Part shown: piece by piece, positions 21,247-32,516 of the stretch | Position numbering within the stretch: the stretch's first letter is position 1 | Layout of the letters: each line of letters begins with the position of its first letter | Position numbers and translations under genes: made by a program | The notes under the pieces: generated by a model | Database searches by the model: none | The model's input: the letters and a program-made list of their open reading frames with translations, nothing else | What the model was told of the DNA's origin: nothing | Assembly (NCBI GenBank): GCA_963714015.1 | Contig: OY970223.1 | Location: 2,272,001 to 2,336,000, forward strand | From: Vulcanimicrobiota bacterium | Lineage (GTDB): Bacteria; Vulcanimicrobiota; Vulcanimicrobiia; Vulcanimicrobiales; Vulcanimicrobiaceae | DNA length: 64,000 nt | Direction of reading: 5' to 3'

Positions 21247-22205
21247 ACGCGCAACCTTCGCAACCCGGAGCCGTGAGTCGCGACTGCGCGGCGCTCGAAC
21301 GCGTTCGCCGCGAGGCTGCTGCCGAAATTCTGTGCAAGAGCGCAACGCCGGGAGAACGCACCGTCTTGGCCGGCGCCTTCATCGACATGACAATCGATTG
21401 TCTGATCGAGTCCCGCCTGCAAGGTGACTCGGGATTTCTGTCCTCGTGGCTCGATCGCGCCTTTGCCCAGACGCTTCCCGCGCCGCCTTTCGTAATCGTG
21501 CAAGACACGTGTGCCGTACTCGAAGCGATGCTGCTGCGCGAAGGAGTCTTGGACCCTGCGCTTCGTGCCGTGCTGCGATCCGGTGCCGACAAAGCGGCGC
21601 GCCGCCGACGCGCGGAACGCAAAATCGAAGATACGCGCGCGATCGACGAAACGGACGCGCGCATCAACGACCTCATCGCAAAGTTGGAGTCGGCGGACGT
21701 GCTGACCGCCGAACATTGCCGAGCGGTGGCTTCCTGGTGTTCGCGCATAGCGCGACGATTGGGCTTGAACGAGAAAGACGTAACGCTCCTGACGCGCAGC
21801 GGCCTGCTGCACGACATCGGCAAGCTGAAAATACCGAAGGACGTTCTGAATGCGCCGCGCGCGTTGAACGCAGCCGAATGGAGGCTGATTCGCGGCCATG
21901 CCGCGGCCGGAGAGGCTTTGGCCAAAAAGGAACCGCTGCTTCGCGAAACGCTTCCGGCGATTCGAAGCCATCACGAGCGCTTTGACGGCGGCGGCTATCC
22001 GGACGGCCTGCGCGGCGAGGCGATTCCGTTCATCGCTCGAGTCGTCACGGTAGCAGACTGTTTCAATGCCATGATCGGGCGGCGTCCTTACCGCCCGCCG
22101 CTTCCGCCGTCCGTCGCCCTCGAGGAATTGCGCAGAAATCGCGGCCGGCAATTCGACCCCGAAGTGGTTGAGGCCATGGAGGACGTCGTCCTACGCGGCC
22201 GCTAG
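21243..22205 (+). CDS. HD-GYP domain protein (putative cyclic-dinucleotide phosphodiesterase) with helical N-terminal domain
   Basis: TAEHCRAV, LLHDIGK, HHERFDGGGYPDGL, VADCFNAM..RRPY, QFDP. Confidence 0.88.
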   Translation: MNAQPSQPGAVSRDCAALERVRREAAAEILCKSATPGERTVLAGAFIDMTIDCLIESRLQGDSGFLSSWLDRAFAQTLPAPPFVIVQDTCAVLEAMLLREGVLDPALRAVLRSGADKAARRRRAERKIEDTRAIDETDARINDLIAKLESADVLTAEHCRAVASWCSRIARRLGLNEKDVTLLTRSGLLHDIGKLKIPKDVLNAPRALNAAEWRLIRGHAAAGEALAKKEPLLRETLPAIRSHHERFDGGGYPDGLRGEAIPFIARVVTVADCFNAMIGRRPYRPPLPPSVALEELRRNRGRQFDPEVVEAMEDVVLRGR

Positions 22206-22324
22206 CGGTTAAGAAACCGTTAACTAACGTACAAAATCAGGTGATGTTTGTTAAACTTACCCCACGGTCGCTTCCTCGGCAGGCAGTTTAGAGGTGGCGC
22301 GCCCGATCTGTGGGGGACGAGACC

Positions 22325-23578
22325 ATGCGGCTTTCAGCGATATCACTGGTGACTCTGGGCCTCTTGGCCGCCGGCTGTTCCGGCGGCGGAACATTCAACG
22401 CACCGCAAAGCGCTTCCGACCATGCTATCGTCGCGCGCGAGCCGATGCGCTTGCACGCCTTGGCCGTCGCCGTCTGCAGTACGCCGGCTCCGGCGTCCCC
22501 AACCAGCACCACGAGCGTCCAGTCCAGGTGTCCCTCGCAGCAGCGCGTCGATTTGCCGCCTTTGCCGAATTCTCGCGGTTTAACCGCGGCACAGATCCCC
22601 GGCTATGAGCCTTCCGAACTGCGGGCTGCGTATGATTTGCCTTCAAGCGGCGCCGGCGTCGGAAAAACCATCGCGATCGTGATCCCTTACGACAATCCGA
22701 ACGCCCAGTCCGATCTGGCGATTTATCGTGCCATGTTCGGACTGCGTCCGTGTTTATCGCAAACCGGGTGTTTCCACAAGTACGGCCAGAACGGCTCCAG
22801 CGCTCTTCCCGCCGGCAACCAGACGTGGGGCGCCGAGATGTCGATCGATCTCGACATGGTTTCGGCAATCTGCCCCAACTGCAACATCGACGTCGTCGAA
22901 GCCAACAGCAACGATCCCAGTAATCTGCTGCAAGCGATGGTAACCGCCTCGAGCAACCTTCACGCTTCGGTCGTCAGCAATAGCTGGGTCACGCCGGAAT
23001 ACGCGGGCGAGCGCGGCGCCGCCGTTCAGCTCGCCAAACTTTCGGCAACGGTCGTCGCCGCGGCGGGCGATGAAGGCTACGGTCCGGCGTGGCCCGCGGC
23101 CGCTGCCACCGTCGTTGCCGTCGGCGGCACAACACTGATGCCGAATTCGAGCGCACGCGGCTATACGGAGTCGGTGTGGAGCGGAACCGGCGGCGGATGC
23201 AGCGCGTACATCGCCAAGCCCGCGTGGCAGCACGATGCAGGCTGCGCAAACCGCACCATCAACGACGTAGCGGCGGTTGCCGATCCGAACCCGGGCGTTG
23301 CAGTTTACGATACGTACTTACCCGCGCGCTACGGCGGATGGCTCGTCTTCGGCGGCACCAGCGTGGCTACGCCGATCGTCGCTGCGGCGATCGCGCTTTC
23401 GTCGACTTCGACGGCGGTCAGCGGATCGTTCATTTCACAACACTCGGCATTGCTCAATCCGATAACGGAAGGTGCGGACGGGACGTGCGCGCCCTCACAC
23501 GCGTACCTTTGCACGGCCGTTCGAGGATACAGCGGGCCTGCGGGTTACGGCTCGCCAAACGGGGTCGGCGCACTCTAA
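22325..23578 (+). CDS. S53 (sedolisin/kumamolisin)-type serine protease, lipoprotein
   Basis: LAAGC lipobox; E-x3-D (EMSIDLD), SNSW, AAGD.G, GGTS.ATP. Confidence 0.85.
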   Translation: MRLSAISLVTLGLLAAGCSGGGTFNAPQSASDHAIVAREPMRLHALAVAVCSTPAPASPTSTTSVQSRCPSQQRVDLPPLPNSRGLTAAQIPGYEPSELRAAYDLPSSGAGVGKTIAIVIPYDNPNAQSDLAIYRAMFGLRPCLSQTGCFHKYGQNGSSALPAGNQTWGAEMSIDLDMVSAICPNCNIDVVEANSNDPSNLLQAMVTASSNLHASVVSNSWVTPEYAGERGAAVQLAKLSATVVAAAGDEGYGPAWPAAAATVVAVGGTTLMPNSSARGYTESVWSGTGGGCSAYIAKPAWQHDAGCANRTINDVAAVADPNPGVAVYDTYLPARYGGWLVFGGTSVATPIVAAAIALSSTSTAVSGSFISQHSALLNPITEGADGTCAPSHAYLCTAVRGYSGPAGYGSPNGVGAL

Positions 23579-23595
23579 TCTCGTAATGACCGCGC

Positions 23596-24324
23596 ATGGA
23601 CGCGGTCATAACCGCCGGCGGACGCGTCGACGGCCCGCTCGCCGAAGCGATGCAAACTCCGATCAAAGCGTTGGCTCGCATCGGCGGCGTCACGATGCTG
23701 GATAGCACGATAAATGCGGTGCGCGGCATCGGCATCGAACGCATCGCAGTCGTCGGCGGCAGCGAGATACGCTCGCACGTGAATGGCGGCGTGCGCGTCG
23801 TCGGCGAAGCGGAAAGCGGCTCGGAGAACCTGCGTAGAGCGCTGCGCGCGTGGGAAAACACGTCGCCTCTGCTTTATCTTACCAGCGACATGCCGTTCGT
23901 GAGCGCCGCCGCACTCAGATCGTTCATCGACGCCGCGCCTTCCGGAGCATTGGCGCTGCCCCTCACCGAATATGCCGAGTTCCAGCGGCGATTCCCGGGC
24001 GCTCCGCCGTTCGGCATAACGCTTGCGGGCGAGCGGGTCGTAAACGGCGGCGCTTTTGTGATCCCGGCAGCGGGCGCGAATGCGATCGAACGGCTTGCTT
24101 CCGACTTTTTCAACGCCCGAAAAAGCCGGGTGCGCATGGCACGGCTCGCCGGAGCGGGTCTCCTGCTGCGTTTTTTGTTCCGGCGTTTGAGCGTGGCGAC
24201 ACTCGAATCGCGAGCCCGCGCTTTGCTGGGGTTTGCTGCGGTCGCGGTTCGCGGCGCGCCGCCCGAGCTGGCTTACGACGTCGACGTTTTGGAGGAGTAT
24301 CAGTATGCGCTCACGCGAGCCTAA
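23596..24324 (+). CDS. MobA-like NTP transferase domain protein
   Basis: AVITAGG...KAL, TSDMPF, DVD motifs. Confidence 0.8.
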   Translation: MDAVITAGGRVDGPLAEAMQTPIKALARIGGVTMLDSTINAVRGIGIERIAVVGGSEIRSHVNGGVRVVGEAESGSENLRRALRAWENTSPLLYLTSDMPFVSAAALRSFIDAAPSGALALPLTEYAEFQRRFPGAPPFGITLAGERVVNGGAFVIPAAGANAIERLASDFFNARKSRVRMARLAGAGLLLRFLFRRLSVATLESRARALLGFAAVAVRGAPPELAYDVDVLEEYQYALTRA

Positions 24325-25516
24325 CGCCGCGCTGCTGGGACTGTTCTGGTTCGGAATTCAAGCCGTTTGGGGAGCACTGCTCGCAATCTCTCTGCAGGTG
24401 CGCGCCACGCAGCTCGCGCCGCATGATGCGCTGCGGCTTTACGGTCTGCTGGCGGGTGCAGGCGCAGCTCTTGCCGCGGTGACGCAGATCGCAGCCGGAA
24501 TGTTTTCGGACCTGCGACGCACGCACGGCAGCCGCCGGACGGAATTTTACGTAACGGGCGCGCTCGTTGCCTGCGCCGGCTTATTCTGGTTTTACCTAGC
24601 CCCTTCCATCGCGCAGCTCGTCGCGTCGCTCTTGCTCGTGCAACTCGCCATGAACGTGGCGATTGGACCGTATCAAGCGGTCATTCCCGACTTTGTGCGC
24701 GACGAAGATCTGGGGACGGCTTCATCTTGGATGGCAGCACTGCAGAGTTTGGGCAATGCTGCAGGCGCGATCGCGGCGTTCGCGATATCTCAGGCGCGAT
24801 TCGTCGCGGCCGCGCTTGCAGCAATGCTGCTTTGCACGTGCGCTGCGACCGTGCGCCATGTCCGCCATTTGACGCCGCTGCAAGTCACAAGCGAGCCGCT
24901 TCGCCTCTCGCGCGCGTTCGTCGATCTCTTTATCTCTCGAGCGTTCGTGTATCTGGGCTTTTACACGCTGCTGGGCTATCTTTTCTTCTACGTCGCCGCA
25001 ACGATCGGCGGCAGCGCGAAAGAAATGACGGGATTCGTGGTCCTGGTCGTCACGTTGACCGGTGCGATCGGCGCATGGCTGAGCGCTGCACCAGCCAATC
25101 GCATGGATCGGCGCGCAGTCGCAACGGCGGGCGGCGCCGGGTTCATAACGGCGCTTGCCGCATTCCTGATTTCGCATTCGGCCGTATCGATTTTTGCCAG
25201 CGCGGCGATTGCCGGCGGAGTCTGGGGAGTGTTCCTGACCGCGGATTGGGCGCTGGGATGTGCGTTCTTACCACGTTTTGCATTGGCCACCGCAATGGGT
25301 ATATGGAACCTTGCGCTGCTGATCCCGCAAATTGCCGCACCGCTGATCGCAACGGCGATATTGTCAGGGCTGGGAATCATGCAAAAAAGCAGCGCCCCCA
25401 GAATCGCATTCGTTCTGGCGGCGGTAGAAGTGCTCGCCGGAATCGCCTGGATCTGGCGCTTGCCTGCCTCGTCGCGCCCCGCGGTTGAGTCCGCATTTGG
25501 TGGGAATACTCCCTAA
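24305..25516 (+). CDS. MFS transporter
   Basis: ~12 hydrophobic segments; GMFSD...GSRR and PYQAVIPD motifs. Confidence 0.85.
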   Translation: MRSREPNAALLGLFWFGIQAVWGALLAISLQVRATQLAPHDALRLYGLLAGAGAALAAVTQIAAGMFSDLRRTHGSRRTEFYVTGALVACAGLFWFYLAPSIAQLVASLLLVQLAMNVAIGPYQAVIPDFVRDEDLGTASSWMAALQSLGNAAGAIAAFAISQARFVAAALAAMLLCTCAATVRHVRHLTPLQVTSEPLRLSRAFVDLFISRAFVYLGFYTLLGYLFFYVAATIGGSAKEMTGFVVLVVTLTGAIGAWLSAAPANRMDRRAVATAGGAGFITALAAFLISHSAVSIFASAAIAGGVWGVFLTADWALGCAFLPRFALATAMGIWNLALLIPQIAAPLIATAILSGLGIMQKSSAPRIAFVLAAVEVLAGIAWIWRLPASSRPAVESAFGGNTP

Positions 25517-25643
25517 GGCTGTCGGGCAGGTGGAACTTCAAGGCCACCCTTGCCCGTTAAAGCAGTATGGAGACCGGGCGCCAGCGTGCCTTTGTGCTCA
25601 AAGCAAGTGCGACGGTTTCTAAACTCGAGTTTAGGAGGCAATT

Positions 25644-27156
25644 TTGAAACGACTGAGCACCGGAGTCCTGACTTCGCTCGTTATAGCAAGTCTGGGGCTT
25701 ACTGCGGTCGCCGCTCCGTCGGGCCATGCATCACCGGGCAACATTGGATCCAAAGTGATCGCACAGGCCACGCCGTCAGCATCGCCTGCAGCGTCGACAG
25801 CTCCGGCTGCGACGCCGATGGCGTCGCCGTCGGCAGGAACTGCGACGCCCTCGGCCGGGACTGCGACACCATCGGCCGGTACTGCAACGCCGATGGCTTC
25901 GCCGGCCGCTCCCGCGGGCGGAACGGCACCTTCCACTCCGGCGAACATGCCGCCGATGCAATTCGGATCTCCACCTTCGGGTGAGATTCCGATTCTCTTC
26001 AACGACCACCACGTTTACTCGAAACCGGACGTCCTAAAACAAGGACGCGTTCTTTCTGCGCTCGTTCGCGGCGGAACGATTCTCGTGCCGTTGCGCTCGA
26101 TGTTCGAGCAAATGGGCGCGACGGTTTCTTACGATCCGGGAAGCAAAACGGTCGATGTGACCAAGCCGGGTTCCGACGTAAAAGTTACCGTCGGAAGCCC
26201 GCAAGTAACGATTAACGGCGAAACGCGTCCGCTGGACGTGCCGCCGATGATGTATCACGGTCAGATCCTCGTTCCGGTTCGTGTGATCTCCGAGGGCATG
26301 GGAGCGTACGTGCAATGGGTGCCCGATAAGCGCCTTGTCGTCGTGCGTTATCTGCCGCCCACGCCGCCGCCGCCGCCCGCTCCGCCGCCGCCGCCGTCAA
26401 GTGCTGCGCCGGCCGCGACGCCGGCTCCGGCTCCCAAGAAAGTAACGAACGAAGTGTTCGTCGCCGGCGATTACCTGCTCGGACCGAAGGTGTACAACGA
26501 GTTCGATCCGGGCGTCAAACAGCCGAATGATTCATCTTATGCAGCGCGCGGCGCGTTCGAGTTCAACGCGTTGAGTCTGCCGTGGATGGTCGAAGGCGAG
26601 TATCGCCAGTGGGGCTATCAGCATAACGCAACCGTCATACCGACGATTCCGGGAAGCTGCGCCGTCAACGGCGTTCCCGCAGGCGAACCGGGCTGCGTCA
26701 CCATCATTGGTGGAGGCGGCCAGACGTGGGTTGCGCCGTTCAGTCCGAAGGACAATGACGTCGATGGACGTCTGGGTCTGAAGGTTCTGGATCCGCGCGT
26801 CTACATCGGCGTGAGCTATCTGGGACGGTGGACCAACTACGGTTACCCGCGCCAGAGCGGCGTAGGCTTCGGGCTGGAGAAACTGCCCGACCTCGACCGT
26901 CCGCTCTCGATCTACGGCAGCGCGTACTACTACCCGCAGGTCAAGGGTACGTGCGACACGGGCGTATGCCCGACTGGTCCGTTCTCGCTCGAATACCGCA
27001 TCTTCCGGTACGAGATCGGCGCGGACTACAGTATCCCCGGCACCCCGGTCTTCGTTGAAGGAGGCTGGATTGGCGACAACGGCAAGAACAAGACTGAACG
27101 CGCCTTCCGACTTCTCGCACAACGCAGGATACGTCGGTATCGGCATACACTTCTAG
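25644..27156 (+). CDS. Secreted protein with copper amine oxidase N-terminal (stalk) domain and C-terminal beta-barrel-like region; +1 frameshift near ~27097
   Basis: Signal peptide, A/P/T/S linker, LVPLRSMFEQMGATVSYD and LVPVRVISEGMGAYVQW; corrected end NAPSDFSHNAGYVGIGIHF* immediately before a terminator. Confidence 0.8.
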
Positions 27157-27167
27157 GAATCCGTCCT

Positions 27168-27209
27168 AATAGAAAAAGGCCCTCGGGGTTCCGAGGGTCT
27201 TTTTCTATT
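27168..27209. terminator. Intrinsic terminator (bidirectional-type)
   Basis: AATAGAAAAAGGCCCTCGG-GGTT-CCGAGGGTCTTTTTCTATT inverted repeat with A/T tracts. Confidence 0.85.
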
Positions 27210-27340
27210 GCGGACGGTTCCTACGGTTGGATGGGGCCCCCACGTACCTACCATCGCGGCGAATCCGATGCCGAGCAACCGTCGCTGTAGGGTGAGCAAG
27301 CGTGAAGAGGCCTGGAGGCGGCGGCGCGCGACTCGGCGGC

Positions 27341-27369
27341 TTGACCGTAAACGGCAGGTCCGGTAGAAT
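27341..27369 (+). promoter_or_regulatory. Sigma70-type promoter of rpsK-rpsD-rpoA-rplQ
   Basis: TTGACC, 17 nt, TAGAAT. Confidence 0.75.
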
Positions 27370-27543
27370 AGCCTCTTGGTGCCGGACCATCTCTCCCGGC
27401 CCTGCTTCGGGGTGCTTAGCCCACTGCCGAAGCCGGACGCGTTCGCCGCGCGCTCGGGATCAGATCGCACAATGCCCACGGCATCGTTGCGGTCGAGGCG
27501 ACGACACCGCGATCGTTTCGCGGATAGGAAAAGCACGGAGTCA

Positions 27544-27940
27544 ATGGCAGCTGAAAAAGCAGGCGAAGTCGCGCAAGAAGCGTGAGTTCAAGAATGTTCA
27601 ATCGGGCGTCGCGCACATTCATGCGTCGTTCAACAACACCGTCGTGACGATCTCCGACAATCTCGGAAACGTCATCGCGTGGGCATCCGCCGGGAACCTG
27701 GGATTCAAGGGTTCCAAGAAGTCGACACCGTTCGCGGCGCAGATGGCTGCCGAGGCGGTCGCGCGCAAGGCGATGGAGCACGGCATGAAGTCGACCGAGG
27801 TTTTGGTTAAGGGTCCGGGCGCCGGACGCGAAGCCGCAATCCGTTCACTGCAAGCCGCCGGGCTGGAGATCACGCTCATCAAAGACGTGACGCCGATTCC
27901 GCACAACGGCTGCCGGCCGCCCAAGCGGCGCCGCGTCTAA
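27544..27940 (+). CDS. rpsK: 30S ribosomal protein S11; apparent +1 frameshift after codon 3
   Basis: GGAG RBS and ATG 27544 are out of frame by one base with KKQAKSRKK...ASFNNT...KKSTPFAAQ...[16 protein letters not shown]. Confidence 0.95.
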
Positions 27941-27966
27941 CGAAAGCGCAAGAGAGAGTTTAACAG

Positions 27967-28623
27967 ATGTCGAGATATACCGGACCCGTGTGCCGCCTAT
28001 GCCGCCGCGAAACCGCGGCGAGCAAGACCGGCGAAAAGATCAAGTTGTTTCTCAAGGGCGATCGCTGCCTTTCGAAAAAATGCGCCGTCGAGCGCCGCGG
28101 CACCGCGCCGGGTCAGAAGACGCAGGGCAAGCAGCGTCAGAAGGTCAGCGAGTACGGACGCCAGCTGCGCGAGAAGCAGAAGATGCGCCGCTACTACGGC
28201 GTTCACGAAACGCAATTCGAAAACTACTTCCGCGAAGCCGCGCGCGTTCCGGGTCAGACCGGCCGCACTTTCCTGCAACTTCTGGAGCGGCGGTTGGACA
28301 ACGTCGTTTACCGTTTGAATTTGGCGAACAGCCGCGCGCAGGCGCGCCAGCTGGTTACCCATCGCCATTTTCGCGTGAACGGGAAGCTGGTCAACATTCC
28401 GTCGTACATCGTCAAGGCGGGCGACGTCATCACGATCGGCGAGCGCAGCAAAAAGTCGCCGGTTTTCGAAGCGAACTTCGAAGTCGCGAAGAATCGGCGC
28501 GCGCCCGAATGGCTGGACTGGAGTGAGACGGATCAGAGCGCTAAGGTGCTCCAGGTCCCCAGCCGCGAACAAATCGACACCCCCGTCGACGAACAACTGA
28601 TCGTCGAATACTACTCGAGATAA
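27967..28623 (+). CDS. rpsD: 30S ribosomal protein S4 (Cys-containing type)
   Basis: [15 protein letters not shown]...[11 protein letters not shown]...ARQLVTHRH...LIVEYYSR. Confidence 0.98.
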   Translation: MSRYTGPVCRLCRRETAASKTGEKIKLFLKGDRCLSKKCAVERRGTAPGQKTQGKQRQKVSEYGRQLREKQKMRRYYGVHETQFENYFREAARVPGQTGRTFLQLLERRLDNVVYRLNLANSRAQARQLVTHRHFRVNGKLVNIPSYIVKAGDVITIGERSKKSPVFEANFEVAKNRRAPEWLDWSETDQSAKVLQVPSREQIDTPVDEQLIVEYYSR

Positions 28624-28719
28624 TGTAACCACGAGAAGCCGCTGCTAGGCGTGGGATCGCTTGTAACTGGGTTACGGCGGATAACGTAAGCAGCAACAAA
28701 GGAAGCCCAAAGTAAAACC

Positions 28720-29643
28720 ATGACCGTATTGGACACACCCCAAGGCGCCGGCATTGAGGTTCGCGAGCGCCACGACAACTACGCGAAGTTCGTCATCGAG
28801 CCGCTGGAACGCGGTTTCGGCATAACGCTCGGAAATGCGCTGCGGCGCATCCTGCTCAGCTCGATTCCGGGCGCGGCCGTCACTTACATGAAGATCGACG
28901 GCGTGCTGCACGAGTTCTCGACCATCCCGGGCATCGTGGAAGACACGATTGCTCTAATGCTCAACCTCAAGGGTCTCCCCGTCAAGCTGAATACCGACGA
29001 ACCCAAGGTGCTCACGCTCAACGCATCGGGTCCGAAAGACGTTACGGCCGCAGACATCACGCCGGACGCCGACGTCGAGGTTCTCGATCCGAACTACCAT
29101 CTCGCGACGCTCTCCGCCAAAACGGCGAAGCTCTCGATGGAGATCGGCATCGAAAAAGGACGCGGGTACGTTACCGCAGACCGCCAGCGCAACGTCGAGC
29201 ACATGATTGGCCTGATCCCGCTCGATTCGATCTTCTCGCCGATTCGCAAGTGTAACTTTACCGTCGACGACACGCGCGTCGGCCAAAACGTCGACTTCGA
29301 TCGCCTGACTATCGAGATCGAAACCAACGGTTCCGTTACGCCGGACGAAGCGCTCTCTACGGCCGCGATCATCATGCAAGAGCAGCTCGACTTGTTCGTC
29401 AACTTTACGAACGAAGAGAAGCCGCTCCCGCAGGCGCCGGCCAGCGAGTGGGACATCCCGGTCGAAACGCTCAATCTCTCCGTGCGTTCGTTCAATTGCC
29501 TCAAGCGCGCAGGCATTTCGAAGGTCTCGGAGCTGCTCGACATGACCGAAGACGAGATCATCAAGATGCGCAACTTCGGTAAGAAGTCGCTGGACGAGAT
29601 CAAACAGGTATTAGAAGAAAGGGGACTCTCGCTCCGCCAGTAA
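28720..29643 (+). CDS. rpoA: DNA-directed RNA polymerase subunit alpha
   Basis: EPLERGFGITLGNALRRILLSSIPG, HEFSTIPG, LSVRSFNCLKRAG, RNFGKKSL. Confidence 0.98.
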   Translation: MTVLDTPQGAGIEVRERHDNYAKFVIEPLERGFGITLGNALRRILLSSIPGAAVTYMKIDGVLHEFSTIPGIVEDTIALMLNLKGLPVKLNTDEPKVLTLNASGPKDVTAADITPDADVEVLDPNYHLATLSAKTAKLSMEIGIEKGRGYVTADRQRNVEHMIGLIPLDSIFSPIRKCNFTVDDTRVGQNVDFDRLTIEIETNGSVTPDEALSTAAIIMQEQLDLFVNFTNEEKPLPQAPASEWDIPVETLNLSVRSFNCLKRAGISKVSELLDMTEDEIIKMRNFGKKSLDEIKQVLEERGLSLRQ

Positions 29644-29684
29644 TCGTCGCCCTTTGAACGATTATTGGTAGACGGGAAATACAT

Positions 29685-30038
29685 ATGCCGCATCAGATAG
29701 CATATAAGAGGCTCTCGCGCACGGATGGCCACCGCAAGGCGCTTCTGCGCAATCTGGCTACGTCGTTTTTCAAGCACGAAAAGATCGAGACGACGTCGAC
29801 GAAGGCCAAAGAGGTCAGCAAGGTCGTCGAGCGGTTAATCACCACAGCTGCGCGCGGAGATCTGCATTCGCGCCGTCTGGTGGCCGAGTATCTCACCGAA
29901 CCGGCGGTCGTAAAGAAGCTCGTCGAACAGATCGCCCCGGCGCTGAAAGATCGCAGTGGAGGCTACACGCGCATCACGAAGACGCGCGTTCGTTCGGGCG
30001 ATTCGGCCGAGCTGTCCATCATCGAGCTCGTTCGCTAG
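29685..30038 (+). CDS. rplQ: 50S ribosomal protein L17
   Basis: HRKALLRNLA...IETT..KAKE...GGYTRI. Confidence 0.97.
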   Translation: MPHQIAYKRLSRTDGHRKALLRNLATSFFKHEKIETTSTKAKEVSKVVERLITTAARGDLHSRRLVAEYLTEPAVVKKLVEQIAPALKDRSGGYTRITKTRVRSGDSAELSIIELVR

Positions 30039-30077
30039 CGAACGCGCTCGAGGCCCGGAAATGCGTATAAGGGGCGC

Positions 30078-31086
30078 GTGCTAGTGCAGTACGCGTCCCT
30101 TTTGCGTCGTCTCATCGGGGGAGGAAACCTCACCGGGGACGAGGCGGCCGCCATGATCGGCGAGATTATGGACGGTGCCTTTACCTCCGCCCAGGCCGCC
30201 GGTCTGCTGACGGCGCTTGCAATGAAGGGTGAGGCTATCGACGAGGTTGTGGGCGCCGCTCGCGCGATGCGCGACCGCAGCCTGCATGTCGAACACAGCC
30301 TGCCGATGGTAGTGGACGTCGTCGGGACCGGCGGCGACAACGCAAATACGATCAACATCTCGACGATGACGGCGCTCGTCGTTGCCGCCGGCGGCGTGGC
30401 CGTTGCTAAGCATGGCAACCGGGCAGCCTCGAGCGCGTGCGGAAGCGCGGACGTGTTGGAGGCGGCCGGCATGACGATCGACGTCGAGCCCGAGCGAGCC
30501 GCACACATGCTTCATGAATCCGGCTTCACCTTCATGTTCGCGCCGCGCTACCACCCGGCGATGAAAAACGTCGCGCCGGTGCGCCGCGAGCTGGGTGTCC
30601 GCACGATCTTCAATGTCCTCGGGCCTTTGACGAATCCGGCACGCGCCACGCATCAAGTCGTCGGTGTCGCGCAGGAGGCTCACATCGAACTGATGGGCGA
30701 GGTGCTGCGCGGGTTGGGTGTGCGCGGCGGCGCAATCGTGCACGCTTCGAGCGGTATCGACGAGGTCAGCGGCGAAGGGCCGACGACCGTGTACACGTTC
30801 GGCGAGGGCGAGAGTAAACGCTGGACCCTCGATCCTGCACGCTTTGGAATTCACGCAAACCTCGATGCACTGCGCGGAGGTTCGGTTGAAGCGTGCAAGG
30901 ACGCTTTCGAGAGCATCCTTTCCGGCGAGCATTCACCGCGGTCGGACGTCATTGCACTCAATGCCGGACTCGTTTTCTCCACTTGCGGCAAAACGCGGGA
31001 CCTCGAGGAGGGTCTGGAATTGGCGCGCACGCTTCTGAAAGAGGGCCGCGCCGCGGCGCTGTTCGAGCGCGCGAAACACCTTTCAC

Positions 31087-31094
<8 letters not shown>
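30078..31094 (+). CDS. trpD: Anthranilate phosphoribosyltransferase
   Basis: DVVGTGGD..NTINIST, KHGNRAASS.CGSADVLE, RTIFNVLGPLTNPA. Confidence 0.96.
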
Positions 31095-31883
<789 letters not shown>

Positions 31884-31887
<4 letters not shown>

Positions 31888-32516
31888 GGACGCGGATCAA
31901 ATTCTGCGGCTGCACCTCCGTCGCCGACGTCATGCTCGCGGTGGAAACCGGAGCCGACGCAGTCGGTCTGATCTTCGCGCCTTCGCCGCGCCGCATCAGC
32001 GCGCAGGACGCGAAAGAGATTGCACGGCATTTGCCTCCGTTCATCACTCCGGTCGGCGTCTTCGTCAACCCAAGCTATGACGAGCTCGCCGGTGCTCGAG
32101 CGATCTTTCCCGACTTGGTGTATCAGCTGCATGGATGCGAGCCGGCGCCGTTCGTGTCTTCCGTCGACGGCAAGATCATCAAGACGGTGCATGTGCGGCC
32201 GGACGGCGACGACGCGCAGGAATTGGAGAGGCGCGCATTCGAGCACCCGCGCGCGATCGTTCTTTTTGACACGCGCGTCGAAGGTGCTGCCGGCGGCACG
32301 GGCATCGCTTTCTCCTGGCGCGACGTCTCGCAGATTGCTCGAAAGCGGCCGGTGATGATTGGCGGAGGCTTGACCCCGGAAAACGTGTCCAACTGCGTAC
32401 GCACGGTTCGGCCGTACGGCGTCGACGTTCGAAGTGGAATCGAGACCGGCGCAAAGAAGGATCCGCTCAAGATGCGGATGTTCGTGCAGGCGGTAAAGGA
32501 AACCGATGCGTCCTGA
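31884..32516 (+). CDS. trpF: Phosphoribosylanthranilate isomerase
   Basis: [42 protein letters not shown]. Confidence 0.95.

Noticed and set aside
20082..22205. 707-aa TPR/HD-GYP fusion protein
   Set aside because: A +1 shift near ~21165 joins two genes; the corrected upstream frame stops in an ATGA overlap at 21243-21246
15573..27340. Mobile element or prophage as the rpsM-rpsK insert
   Set aside because: No integrase, transposase, phage gene, att repeat or obvious compositional shift
27544..27560. Programmed +1 frameshift regulating rpsK
   Set aside because: Same-sign shifts occur in ten other places without a common motif, so assembly error is more parsimonious
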